From: Candidatus Magasanikiibacteriota bacterium
GTDB taxonomy: Bacteria; Patescibacteriota; Patescibacteriia; Magasanikbacterales; GWA2-37-8
Assembly: GCA_016234265.1 (NCBI GenBank)
Contig: JACRFW010000054.1
Coordinates: 1 to 49,236, forward strand
Length of the DNA: 49,236 bases
Reading direction: 5' to 3'
The position numbers and the translations under genes were made by a program. Positions 7,780 to 16,294 of this stretch are shown here, in pieces; position 1 is the first letter of the stretch, and every line of letters starts with the position of its first letter. Below the pieces are notes generated by a model. That model made no database searches. It was not told the origin of the DNA and saw only the letters and a program-made list of their open reading frames with translations.

Positions 7780-7863
7780 CTGTCATTCCCAACTTGATTG
7801 GGAATCCATCGCCAGACTCTTGTGCAAGTTTGCCTATGGATTCCCGCTTTCGCGGGAATGACA
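7780..7863 (+). repeat. MITE/REP-like element, family A, copy 2 (84 bp)
   Basis: Same sequence and orientation as 6982-7065. It overlaps the 3' end of the nuclease gene. Confidence 0.9.
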
Positions 7864-8451
7864 GACCGCCCACAATCCACGCTGTGCTAATCGGGCTTCG
7901 CGCGCGGCCGCGACAAACGCGGAGCTGTATTTCACATCAGGCGGGAAAGTCGCCGGACGGGCGTAGCCTTCTTTTACTAATTCCAGATTAACGAATGTGC
8001 CATCCAGCAGATATACATAGCGGAGCAGGCGCCCGTAGCGATCAACCTCGGAGATGTCTTTGACTAAACGCACCTTTTTGCCTGTTACTAATTCTTTATT
8101 TTTATTGCTGGCTTCCTTGCCAAAACACTGCGCCGCTTTTTTCGGGTGCACCGTTTCCGGCGTGTCCACGCCGATATAGCGCACTTTCTCGCCGGTTTCC
8201 AGTTCAATGGTGTCGCCGTCAATAACGCGCACTACGACCGGCGTCTCGGGAGCGCTGATAGTTTTCTCTCCCAATACCTGCGGGCCGCTGTCCTGACCGA
8301 CTGTTCCGGTCGCCGCCGCCGGCTGGTTTGTCGCGACCAAAGTCGTCCTTTTACCGATATACGCCGGCGCGCTGCCGTACCACCCATACGCCACCAGAGC
8401 CAGCCCGAGAATGAAGGCCGCGCGCGCCAGGCGTTGGACAGGTAGGCGCAT
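7834..8451 (-). CDS. Thermonuclease (staphylococcal nuclease/SNase) homologue with N-terminal anchor
   Basis: DGDTI, YIGVDTPE and RYGRLLRYV motifs, plus an N-terminal TM/signal segment. ATG at 8451 is preferred over the track GTG at 8466. The last 8 codons and the stop lie inside repeat A2. Confidence 0.85.
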   Translation of the reverse strand: MRLPVQRLARAAFILGLALVAYGWYGSAPAYIGKRTTLVATNQPAAATGTVGQDSGPQVLGEKTISAPETPVVVRVIDGDTIELETGEKVRYIGVDTPETVHPKKAAQCFGKEASNKNKELVTGKKVRLVKDISEVDRYGRLLRYVYLLDGTFVNLELVKEGYARPATFPPDVKYSSAFVAAAREARLAQRGLWAVCHSRESGNP

Positions 8452-8452
8452 A

Positions 8453-9019
8453 TTATTGACCCTCACTTCCCGCTTGAATCTTTAATACCTGCTCGCGCGC
8501 GAGCGCCCAAGCGGCTAATGTCGGCCCGGCCCAAATCTGACCCTGGCGGATCATGTCTTCAAACTCATCCACACGCCGCTCAATAACTTCAACAGATTCA
8601 TCAACATCTAAACGTTGTCGGCCGGAAGCGACGGCCTCATAGGCCACAAAAATATGTACTGGATTCATAAAATAGGCGGGCAGAGGTTCAAATGAAGCCA
8701 CACTCACAAAATCATCGGCTTGATAGCCAGTTTCTTCTAATAACTCCCTCTGGCCGGCGAAGAGCGACGATTCCCCAGTTTCCATGGCGCCAGCGGGAAA
8801 TTCAATGGACAATTTGTCTGCGAGGTAGCGATATTGCACAACGAGCACGAGCTTGCCCTCGGCAGTGACCGGAACCGTTATTACCGCTCCAAGCTTTTCA
8901 CCATAATAATATTCAGTGGGCGCGCCAGTGGGCAGCGAGCAGACGTCGTGCTTGTACGACCAGCGAGGATTTTGATGAATGACTTCAGAAGATATCTTTT
9001 TCAAATGGCGAGTGGTCAT
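8453..9019 (-). CDS. NUDIX hydrolase
   Basis: The Nudix box GAMETGESSLFAGQRELLEETG fits GX5EX7REUXEEXGU. Confidence 0.85.
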   Translation of the reverse strand: MTTRHLKKISSEVIHQNPRWSYKHDVCSLPTGAPTEYYYGEKLGAVITVPVTAEGKLVLVVQYRYLADKLSIEFPAGAMETGESSLFAGQRELLEETGYQADDFVSVASFEPLPAYFMNPVHIFVAYEAVASGRQRLDVDESVEVIERRVDEFEDMIRQGQIWAGPTLAAWALAREQVLKIQAGSEGQ

Positions 9020-9420
9020 ACAAATAATTTGGCTATTTCTTTAACGTCCCCAGCATCTTTGCTCCTGACAATTGAATGCATTGACCCGCCGCCATCGCCC
9101 TCGTAGCGCGGAATAATGTGCCAGTGCACATGGGCCACGGCTTGGCCGGCGGCCGAGCGCTCGTTAATGCCAATATTCAGCCCATCAGGGGCTAGTACCT
9201 GCTCTAGGCGTTTTATGGCCCCCTGAAGACCCCCTGATAGCTGCTGCCATTCTGCCGTACTCATATGAAGCAGACTGGCAAAGTGTTTCTTGGGGATAAC
9301 CACCATGTGCCCCTTTGCGCAGGGGTGAATATCTAGAAAAGCCAAAACGTGCTCATCTTGATAGACGGTGTAATTTGAAATATCACCGGCCGCGATTTTG
9401 CAGAAGAGACAATCGGACAT
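9016..9420 (-). CDS. HIT-family (histidine triad) nucleotide hydrolase
   Basis: HVHWHIIPR histidine triad. The stop and start overlap the NUDIX gene (ATGA). Confidence 0.9.
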   Translation of the reverse strand: MSDCLFCKIAAGDISNYTVYQDEHVLAFLDIHPCAKGHMVVIPKKHFASLLHMSTAEWQQLSGGLQGAIKRLEQVLAPDGLNIGINERSAAGQAVAHVHWHIIPRYEGDGGGSMHSIVRSKDAGDVKEIAKLFV

Positions 9421-9430
9421 ATCTGTCGGT

Positions 9431-9513
9431 TGTCATTCCCAACTTGATTGGGAATCCATCGCCAGACTTTTTTCCGAGTTTGCCTATGGATTCCCGCTTT
9501 CGCGGGAATGACA
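9431..9513 (+). repeat. MITE/REP-like element, family A, copy 3 (83 bp)
   Basis: Near-identical to the copies at 6982 and 7780, in the same orientation. Confidence 0.9.
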
Positions 9514-9536
9514 GCCTGATTACTTGAGTTAAATTT

Positions 9537-11621
9537 TTATTTAGGATACCACCAAACGCCAATATTGCCAAACTGTTTTTCCGGTGCGATGCCGAAGCGA
9601 GAAATAGCGCCTACATAGGTGCATCTTTTGACACTGGTGAGACGCAAGGCTTCCTGCCAATCAGAATCCGAGCCGGAGAAATTGCGATAGAGCGAAACGA
9701 GCTCTGGTTGGCTAAAATATTGATTGATAGAGAAACCGCCGCCGATAATGTCTTTACCGGAGAGCGCTTCAAGCGCGAGCAGGGGGTAGGCACCGGCGAT
9801 AACGCAGTGCCGAGAACTATTTTTTTCCTGACTCCAGACGTATTGCATCGCGGCATATTCGCTGGCGTTCACGGTGCTCGTGTCGGGGCCAAGTGAATAG
9901 GAAGCGGCAATGGCGAAAGTCAAAAGGAGAACTACGGGTGCAACAAAGCGTTTTTTGAGAGAGAAAAAATTGAGAACGGTGAAAGCAGCCAACACAAAAA
10001 ACAAAAAAAAGAAGGCGAGAACCGGATCAAGCCGTCGGGTGAAAATGTTCTCCCCGGCTAACAGATAGCGGGAAATAAAATAGGAGAGGAATAAACTACC
10101 ACCGAGAGCCGCGAGCCACTGGTATTCCCGGCTTTGTTTTTTGAGACACAGAATAAACCCATACGCGACGGCGACCAAAAATAGCGCCATGAAAGCGACC
10201 AGCCACCAGCGCCAGAGTGTCAACGCATTGGGCACGAAAGCGGCTAGCGGAGTCTGATTAAAAATAATATTGCCCGTGGTGATATCCCCTGCCCGTGGGC
10301 CGATGGCAAGATACCAAGCGCTGAGATTGGCTAAAAATTGTTTGACATATACTACCTGCCGAAGCTGATGGAACCAGTTACCGGGCGGGGTGAATTGACT
10401 ATAGTGAGTGATGAGTTCAACGGCAGGCAAAACGAGGGCAGTGAGTAAAGCCAATAAGCCCGTGGAGAAAATTTTAAACATCGAACGCCGAACATCGAAC
10501 TTTGTGATTGCTTCGGCGAGCGCCCAGCCGAGCCAGAAGAGAATAAAGTATAAGGTATAATTAAAAATTGATAGTACGCCGAAAACCAAGAGAAACGGCC
10601 ACTGCCGATGCTCTGGCTGCCCAATTCTTTTGAGCAATAAAATCACGGACAGAAGCCAGATCAGGAAACCAAAACTCACGGGCAAAGTGAGAGAGCCGAG
10701 GGCTTGCCAGGTGAAAGGCAGGGCGCTCAACCAAACTAAAAATAACGATGCTCGGTCGCTCCAGCCGAGTACCGACCCCAACTCAAACAAAATAATCGGT
10801 AAAATGAGCGACCAGAGAATTGGCACGAGCCATTTGTTAAGAGCGATGAGATCAACCGACGTGACGCGAGCGATGAGCGCGGATACCCCCCAGAAGGAGC
10901 TGTAGGCCAGGGTGCTCACATTCAACCCGGAGGAATTGATAGCCAGTTTACCCTCCAGCGTATTGGCAGGGGCGCTTAACCTGGCCGCTTCAAGAGGCCG
11001 CTCGGCCACAATTCTTGTCTCCACCGCCACATGGCGCCACTGGTCGGCCCCGTAGAACAATTGATGCGTGAGCGGCAAGTAACTGTGCAGCAACGCCCCG
11101 TGGATGATGAGCAATCCCAAAATAAATGAGACCGGGAGTTTGGAAAAAACTAATGCGCCGACAAGCAGAGTCGCCGACGCAAAGATATAGATATAAAGCG
11201 GGTCAATGGTTTGCCACGGGGTAAGAAGGCTCACGGCGCTTTGTGAGGTATGAAGCAGATAAAAACCGTACCCGGCCAACACCAAGTAGAGTATGGCACC
11301 CCACCAGGCAGCAGTCGGCGGTTCCAATTCGGTTTCCGTCTCATCCCCTTCTATGACTATGACTTCATCTTTTTTTATTAACAATCTAAGAACTAAAGTA
11401 ATTAAAAAGTTTACTATGAGAATGGCTATGATTGCCGGAAGATTTAGTTTAAAAAAAACTACAGCGGCCCCGGCGAGAAAACTCGCCAGCGAAAAACTGA
11501 AAAACATACCCAAAATGGCAGTGCGCCAGGTTTTTTGGAAATTGAATGAGCCGGTCGGGAGCGGCTCGGCTAAAAAACCGGTAAAAATGAAATACGCCAA
11601 CAAAATAAGCGGAAATAACAT
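9537..11621 (-). CDS. Large polytopic membrane protein, function unknown
   Basis: 694 aa with more than 12 hydrophobic segments. I recognise no catalytic motif. A GT-C-like glycosyltransferase is only a guess. Confidence 0.65.
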   Translation of the reverse strand: MLFPLILLAYFIFTGFLAEPLPTGSFNFQKTWRTAILGMFFSFSLASFLAGAAVVFFKLNLPAIIAILIVNFLITLVLRLLIKKDEVIVIEGDETETELEPPTAAWWGAILYLVLAGYGFYLLHTSQSAVSLLTPWQTIDPLYIYIFASATLLVGALVFSKLPVSFILGLLIIHGALLHSYLPLTHQLFYGADQWRHVAVETRIVAERPLEAARLSAPANTLEGKLAINSSGLNVSTLAYSSFWGVSALIARVTSVDLIALNKWLVPILWSLILPIILFELGSVLGWSDRASLFLVWLSALPFTWQALGSLTLPVSFGFLIWLLSVILLLKRIGQPEHRQWPFLLVFGVLSIFNYTLYFILFWLGWALAEAITKFDVRRSMFKIFSTGLLALLTALVLPAVELITHYSQFTPPGNWFHQLRQVVYVKQFLANLSAWYLAIGPRAGDITTGNIIFNQTPLAAFVPNALTLWRWWLVAFMALFLVAVAYGFILCLKKQSREYQWLAALGGSLFLSYFISRYLLAGENIFTRRLDPVLAFFFLFFVLAAFTVLNFFSLKKRFVAPVVLLLTFAIAASYSLGPDTSTVNASEYAAMQYVWSQEKNSSRHCVIAGAYPLLALEALSGKDIIGGGFSINQYFSQPELVSLYRNFSGSDSDWQEALRLTSVKRCTYVGAISRFGIAPEKQFGNIGVWWYPK

Positions 11622-11638
11622 AGGGTCGCTGTGTTTGA

Positions 11639-11647
11639 AGTATAGCA
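11639..11647 (-). promoter_or_regulatory. Extended -10 TGCTATACT
   Basis: The rc of 11639-11647 lies 17 nt upstream of the ATG at 11621. Confidence 0.4.
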
Positions 11648-11781
11648 GGTTTCAAGGAAAAGAGAAGCGTACCGAAGCTACCCACCGACTCCTCACATTT
11701 CTTCCCCATCACCCCTTGTCTAAAGGGGGCACTTCGGTTACCATAGAAGAACTTAAAAACCTACGGTTGGTTTTGTTTAAT

Positions 11782-11853
11782 TGTCATTCTGAGTGAAACG
11801 AAGAATCCCTTAAACTCATAGGCAAGGGATCCTTCACTTCGTTCAGGATGGCA
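11782..11853. repeat. MITE/REP-like element, family B, copy 1 (72 bp imperfect palindrome)
   Basis: tgtcattctgagtgaaacgaagaatccc-ttaaactcataggcaa-gggatccttcacttcgttcaggatggca. It ends 7 nt before the dnaB ATG. Confidence 0.85.
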
Positions 11854-11860
11854 GATCGTT

Positions 11861-13315
11861 ATGGCGCTTGATGATATTGAAAAAATTCCACCCCAGAGTC
11901 TGGAAGCCGAGATGTCATTCCTCGGATCGCTTTTGATTGACAAAGACGCCATGCTCAAAGTGGCCGATATGGTGCGCGTGGAGGATTTCTATAAAGACGC
12001 GCACGCGAAAATCTTTGAGGCAATAATGGAGCTCTACGCCAAGAACGAACCGCTGGATCTCCTAACTTTAAGCAACCGGTTGACGGAAAAAAATCACCTG
12101 GAGAGCGTTGGCGGGCGCGGATACCTCGCGGCACTCACCAATACTGTCCCCACCTCTTCAAATGTGGCGCACTACGCGAATATTGTCCATCGTAAGGCGA
12201 CGAGGCGGCGGCTACTTTCCGCTTCGCAGGAAATCACTCGCTTATCGTACCAAGAGGAGGTAGACGATTTGGAACGCGTTTTGGACCAGGCGCAACAGCA
12301 TTTATTCGGCGTTTCCCAAATTTATTTCAAACAATCCTTTACGCCTATTCGCGGGGTTTTGGCCGATGCCTTTGACCGTATTGACGAACTGCATAAAAAT
12401 AAAGGGCAGCTGCGCGGCACGCCGACCGGTTTTAGAGCTCTAGACAACCTGCTCGCGGGACTGCAAAAATCTGATCTCGTTGTTTTGGCCGCCCGGCCAT
12501 CGGTCGGTAAAACGTCATTGGCATTGGACATGGTGCGCCATATCGCCACCAAACAAAAAATATCCGTTGGCCTGTTTTCTCTGGAAATGAGTAAAGAACA
12601 GCTGGTAGACCGCCTGCTCTGTTCCGAAGCGAATGTAGATTTATGGAAAATGAGAACTGGCCGATTGTCGGACCGACCTGAAGATGACGATTTCCCGCGC
12701 ATTGGCCACGCCATTGGTGTTCTGTCTGAATCCCCTATTTTTATAGACGACTCACCAAACATCAACATCATGCAGATCCGCACCAAGGCGAGGCGTCTCC
12801 AAGCTGAGCATGGGCTCGGCCTCATCGTGATTGACTACTTGCAACTGATGGAATCCGGGAGCAATGGCAACAGCGATAACCGCGTACAAGAAGTGGCCGA
12901 GATTACCCGCGGCCTGAAAGGTATTGCTCGCGAGCTGAATATCCCGGTTTTGGCGCTGTCCCAGCTCTCGCGCGTGGTGGAGCAGAGCAAACCGGCTATT
13001 CCCAAGCTATCGCACCTGCGCGAATCCGGCTCCATTGAACAGGATGCCGACGTGGTGCTCTTTATCTACCGCAAATCGGCTGACCGCGGCTACCGAGCCG
13101 AGGATATCGCGCCGGACGAGCGCACCGTCGCCGAAATACATATAGCCAAACACCGCAACGGCCCCACGGGCCTGGTGAAAGTATCATTCAACGAAGCCTT
13201 TGCCTCATTCCGGAACCTTGATACCAGTTACAATGATCCGGGCAACGCGCCACTGAAGCCAAAGTCGGCGTTTTCAGCGCCACCAACTCCCGACCAAAAT
13301 ATTCCAGCTTTTTAA
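11861..13315 (+). CDS. dnaB: Replicative DNA helicase DnaB
   Basis: N-terminal PPQSLEAEMSFLGSLL, Walker A ARPSVGKTS and Walker B VIDYLQLM. No intein. Confidence 0.95.
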   Translation: MALDDIEKIPPQSLEAEMSFLGSLLIDKDAMLKVADMVRVEDFYKDAHAKIFEAIMELYAKNEPLDLLTLSNRLTEKNHLESVGGRGYLAALTNTVPTSSNVAHYANIVHRKATRRRLLSASQEITRLSYQEEVDDLERVLDQAQQHLFGVSQIYFKQSFTPIRGVLADAFDRIDELHKNKGQLRGTPTGFRALDNLLAGLQKSDLVVLAARPSVGKTSLALDMVRHIATKQKISVGLFSLEMSKEQLVDRLLCSEANVDLWKMRTGRLSDRPEDDDFPRIGHAIGVLSESPIFIDDSPNINIMQIRTKARRLQAEHGLGLIVIDYLQLMESGSNGNSDNRVQEVAEITRGLKGIARELNIPVLALSQLSRVVEQSKPAIPKLSHLRESGSIEQDADVVLFIYRKSADRGYRAEDIAPDERTVAEIHIAKHRNGPTGLVKVSFNEAFASFRNLDTSYNDPGNAPLKPKSAFSAPPTPDQNIPAF

Positions 13316-13326
13316 AATTAAAAAAC

Positions 13327-13434
13327 TGTCATCCTGAACGAATGTGAAGGATCTTCAAAATTGCGTCGCCAATCGTGTACGGTGAAGCATAAACGGAAGA
13401 TTCTTCTCCCGACTGAGTCGGGATCAGAATGACA
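13327..13434. repeat. MITE/REP-like element, family B-related, copy 2 (108 bp)
   Basis: The termini tgtcatcctga and tcagaatgaca are inverted with one mismatch. An internal hairpin is cccgactgagtcggg. Confidence 0.75.
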
Positions 13435-13454
13435 ATTATATTTAAATAAACCGT

Positions 13455-13766
13455 ATGTCCATGTTTAGCAAACTCAAACAATTCAAAGATCTCCGTGATC
13501 AGGGTAAAAAATACCAAAATGTCATGAGTGGCGAATCTGTTACCGCCCGCTCTGGCGGCGACAGTGTGGTATTAACCATGGACGGCAACCTAGGCATAAC
13601 CGGGCTCGCGATCGCTCCGGAAATGCTCGCGCCGGATAAAAAAACTAAATTGGAAAGTGCCATTAAAGACGCTCATGCCGACGCCATGAAAAAAATGCAG
13701 AGAATAATCGCCGGCAAAATGCAGGATATGGGCGGATTTCCCAGCCTGAGCGGCGACAAGAAGTAG
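13455..13766 (+). CDS. YbaB/EbfC-family nucleoid-associated protein
   Basis: The size, the N-terminal MF..LKQ...Q pattern and the conserved position directly upstream of recR all fit. Confidence 0.8.
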   Translation: MSMFSKLKQFKDLRDQGKKYQNVMSGESVTARSGGDSVVLTMDGNLGITGLAIAPEMLAPDKKTKLESAIKDAHADAMKKMQRIIAGKMQDMGGFPSLSGDKK

Positions 13767-13768
13767 GT

Positions 13769-14362
13769 ATGTATTCTCCGTCCATCAGTCGCCTCATCAA
13801 AGCGCTCAAGAAACTGCCCTCGGTTGGTGAACGCACGGCCGAGCGGTTTGTTTTTCACTGGCTCAAATCGGGAAAAAAAGAAGTAACAGAACTGATGCTC
13901 GCGCTCAAAGACGTAATTGAGACGGTCCGAAGCTGTGAGGTGTGCTGGAATTTTAGCGACACGAGCCCATGCACCATTTGTGCCAACAAGGGGCGTGACC
14001 ACAATGCTATTTGCGTGGTGACTAACCCACAAGACCTGGCGGCGATTGAACAAACGAGCGCCTGGCGCGGGGTATACCATGTGCTGCGCACGCTTTTGGA
14101 TGTTACCGATGAAGACAGTTTGGAACGAATGAAAATAGAAGAACTCTTAAAGCGGGGGCAAACGGCCAAAGAGGTGGTGCTCTCGCTCAACCCTGATCTG
14201 CCCGGGGAAACGACTATGATGTATTTGGAAAAGGAATTAAAAAAAATAAACCCGAAAATTATTATCACGCGGCTCGCGCGCGGGTTGCCGCTCGGCAGCG
14301 ACCTCACCTACGCCGATGCCATTACGCTGGAAAGCGCGATAAAAAATAGGACGAAGAAATAA
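13769..14362 (+). CDS. recR: Recombination protein RecR
   Basis: HhH motif LPSVGERTAERF, the C4 zinc finger CEVC...CTIC and a Toprim region. Confidence 0.95.
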   Translation: MYSPSISRLIKALKKLPSVGERTAERFVFHWLKSGKKEVTELMLALKDVIETVRSCEVCWNFSDTSPCTICANKGRDHNAICVVTNPQDLAAIEQTSAWRGVYHVLRTLLDVTDEDSLERMKIEELLKRGQTAKEVVLSLNPDLPGETTMMYLEKELKKINPKIIITRLARGLPLGSDLTYADAITLESAIKNRTKK

Positions 14363-14387
14363 CCCTCCGACGTTACGTCGGAGGGTT
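14361..14387 (+). terminator. Intrinsic terminator after recR
   Basis: A 12 bp perfect stem aaccctccgacg/cgtcggagggtt with loop tta is followed by a T-rich tract. It sits between the convergent recR and rplU genes. Confidence 0.7.
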
Positions 14388-14418
14388 ATTTAATTTTTAA
14401 TAGAGTATTTACTTTCGT

Positions 14419-14724
14419 TTAAGCGATCTTTACTTCCGTAAACCGCTGACGCTGGCCGTGAACCTTGTGGTAGCGCACTTTGCGCTTGAACTTTTCCACC
14501 CGGATGGTGCGGCCCTTTCCTTGCTTCACTACTTCGGCCGCTACTTTTACCCCGCTTAAAAAGGGAGTGCCAACTTTGGCGTCGCTGCCGTCATCGTTCG
14601 CGGTCAAAAGAACCTTGTCAAACGCGAAAGTCTTGCCCTCTTCTACGAGGAGTTTTTCTACTTTTAGTTTGGCGCCGGTTTTAACAAGATATTGTTTGCC
14701 GCCGGTAGCAATAACTGCGAGCAT
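14419..14724 (-). CDS. rplU: 50S ribosomal protein L21
   Basis: MLAVIATGGKQYLV is the canonical L21 N-terminus. The 22 aa extension in the track ORF is not plausible. Confidence 0.9.
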   Translation of the reverse strand: MLAVIATGGKQYLVKTGAKLKVEKLLVEEGKTFAFDKVLLTANDDGSDAKVGTPFLSGVKVAAEVVKQGKGRTIRVEKFKRKVRYHKVHGQRQRFTEVKIA

Positions 14725-14792
14725 ATACTGAAGATTGAAGATTAAAAGATTGTGTGAGAACAGTATATAGTAAAAAGCGCGAACAGTCAAGA

Positions 14793-15260
14793 CTAGAACA
14801 GGATTTCAATCTGATCACCAATTTTGAGACTGTGTGCCTTGATAAATCCGGCCGGGAGCTCTAGGACGAGCGTGGAGGGAAGCCGGGCGAAATAGGGTGT
14901 GAGCTCGGCCTCGCTTTTCCCTGGTTCCGGCAGCACATTTGGCGCCATATCCACAATGGTTCGACCATCTATCCAAATAATATCCAAAGGAAAAAGCATG
15001 CTGCGCATCACCATGGTGTGCTGTCTCCGCTCCGGAAAGACAAACAACATGCCGCCGTATGCACCCATGTCTTTACGTTTGCTCCAACCTGTTACCCGAT
15101 GACTTTGGGTATCGGCTACCAGCACCCGGAACTCTTCTCCGCCCAGACGAACAGTGTGCTTAGTCCAGAGCGAGCCGTAAATTTTAAAACCTACCGCCGC
15201 TAGGATGACAGCTGCGAGGAGTATGAGATGCCATTTTTTTGTTTCAACTGGTTGAGTCAT
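14793..15260 (-). CDS. DUF192 (COG1430) domain protein with N-terminal TM helix
   Basis: M..FPLD(I/V)IW(I/L)D signature, here MLFPLDIIWIDG. Confidence 0.7.
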   Translation of the reverse strand: MTQPVETKKWHLILLAAVILAAVGFKIYGSLWTKHTVRLGGEEFRVLVADTQSHRVTGWSKRKDMGAYGGMLFVFPERRQHTMVMRSMLFPLDIIWIDGRTIVDMAPNVLPEPGKSEAELTPYFARLPSTLVLELPAGFIKAHSLKIGDQIEILF

Positions 15261-16294
15261 ACCTGAATACTCTTTTTATTGCCGTACCAAGTAATGGCTA
15301 CCATGGCCAGGAATAGTAACACCAGGGCAACAACTTTCTCTCCGCTTTGAAGAAACAACGCCGAAGCGCCAAACACGGCCGAGAGTATATAGAGCCCAAG
15401 GACTATTTGCCGTTCGGAAAAACCACGATCAAACAATTGAAAATAGAGATGCTCACGATCGCCCTGAAAAATCGACTGGCCGCGACGGAGCCGCTTATAA
15501 ATAACGCGTCCGAAATCAAAAATGGGAACGGCCATGACCAGGAGCCCAATGGCCAGCTTGCCCCCAGAGATAACGGCCAAGACACCGAGCATAAACCCGA
15601 TGAAGAGGCTACCCCCTTCGCCTAAAAAAATACTGGCCGGATGAAAATTAAAGATAAGAAAACCCAGACAGCTGCCGGCGAACACGAGCGCGAGCAAACT
15701 CACATTGGGTTGGAAAAATTTAGCGCTTCCGGCGAGAAAATATATTATAACCGCTCCGATCCCGACCAACCCGGTCGCGAGACCATCCATGCCATCAGAA
15801 ATTTTAGTGGTGTACATCATCCCCATCAGCCAGACGAAAACAATGCTGCCGCCAAGAAGCCACGGCACTGAAATGATCCCGCCAAACGGATTAGTCATTT
15901 TGGAAAGGCCCATGCCGCCCGTGATAGTGAGTGCCGCGGCGAGCGCCGTCACAACCAAGCGCACGCCGACCGGGAGATTCCAGATATCATCAGCCAATCC
16001 GAGGAGAACAAGCAAAAGGCTGCCGATAAATACCCACCATAATTTTTGTTTCAAAATGGGGAGCCCGACGATGGGATTAAAAATAAGGAGATACCCGATG
16101 ACGAGCCAGAAAGCCAGGAAAATGGCCAGACCGCCCAGAAGCGGCATGGGCCTTTGGTGCCGTTTACGACCTTGGTCGGGCACGTCAACAATACCGGCAC
16201 AGCGAGCCAACGCGCGAACAATGAGAGTAAAAACAAAAGAGAGACAAAGCGAGAGAAAAAAATAGAGCATAGCTACTATTCTACAGTGAGACAC
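15257..16294 (-). CDS. Glycosyltransferase family 4 polyprenyl-phosphate HexNAc-1-phosphate transferase (MraY/WecA family)
   Basis: VDVPDQGRKRHQRPMPLLGG, a DD motif (LADD) and ~10 TM segments. Confidence 0.85.
   Translation of the reverse strand: MSHCRIVAMLYFFLSLCLSFVFTLIVRALARCAGIVDVPDQGRKRHQRPMPLLGGLAIFLAFWLVIGYLLIFNPIVGLPILKQKLWWVFIGSLLLVLLGLADDIWNLPVGVRLVVTALAAALTITGGMGLSKMTNPFGGIISVPWLLGGSIVFVWLMGMMYTTKISDGMDGLATGLVGIGAVIIYFLAGSAKFFQPNVSLLALVFAGSCLGFLIFNFHPASIFLGEGGSLFIGFMLGVLAVISGGKLAIGLLVMAVPIFDFGRVIYKRLRRGQSIFQGDREHLYFQLFDRGFSERQIVLGLYILSAVFGASALFLQSGEKVVALVLLFLAMVAITWYGNKKSIQV

Noticed and set aside
6982-9513. Three near-identical ~84 bp repeats that might suggest a CRISPR array
   Set aside because: The repeats are ~84 bp and internally palindromic. 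They are separated by 0.7-1.6 kb of ordinary genes rather than 30-40 bp spacers. No cas genes are present.
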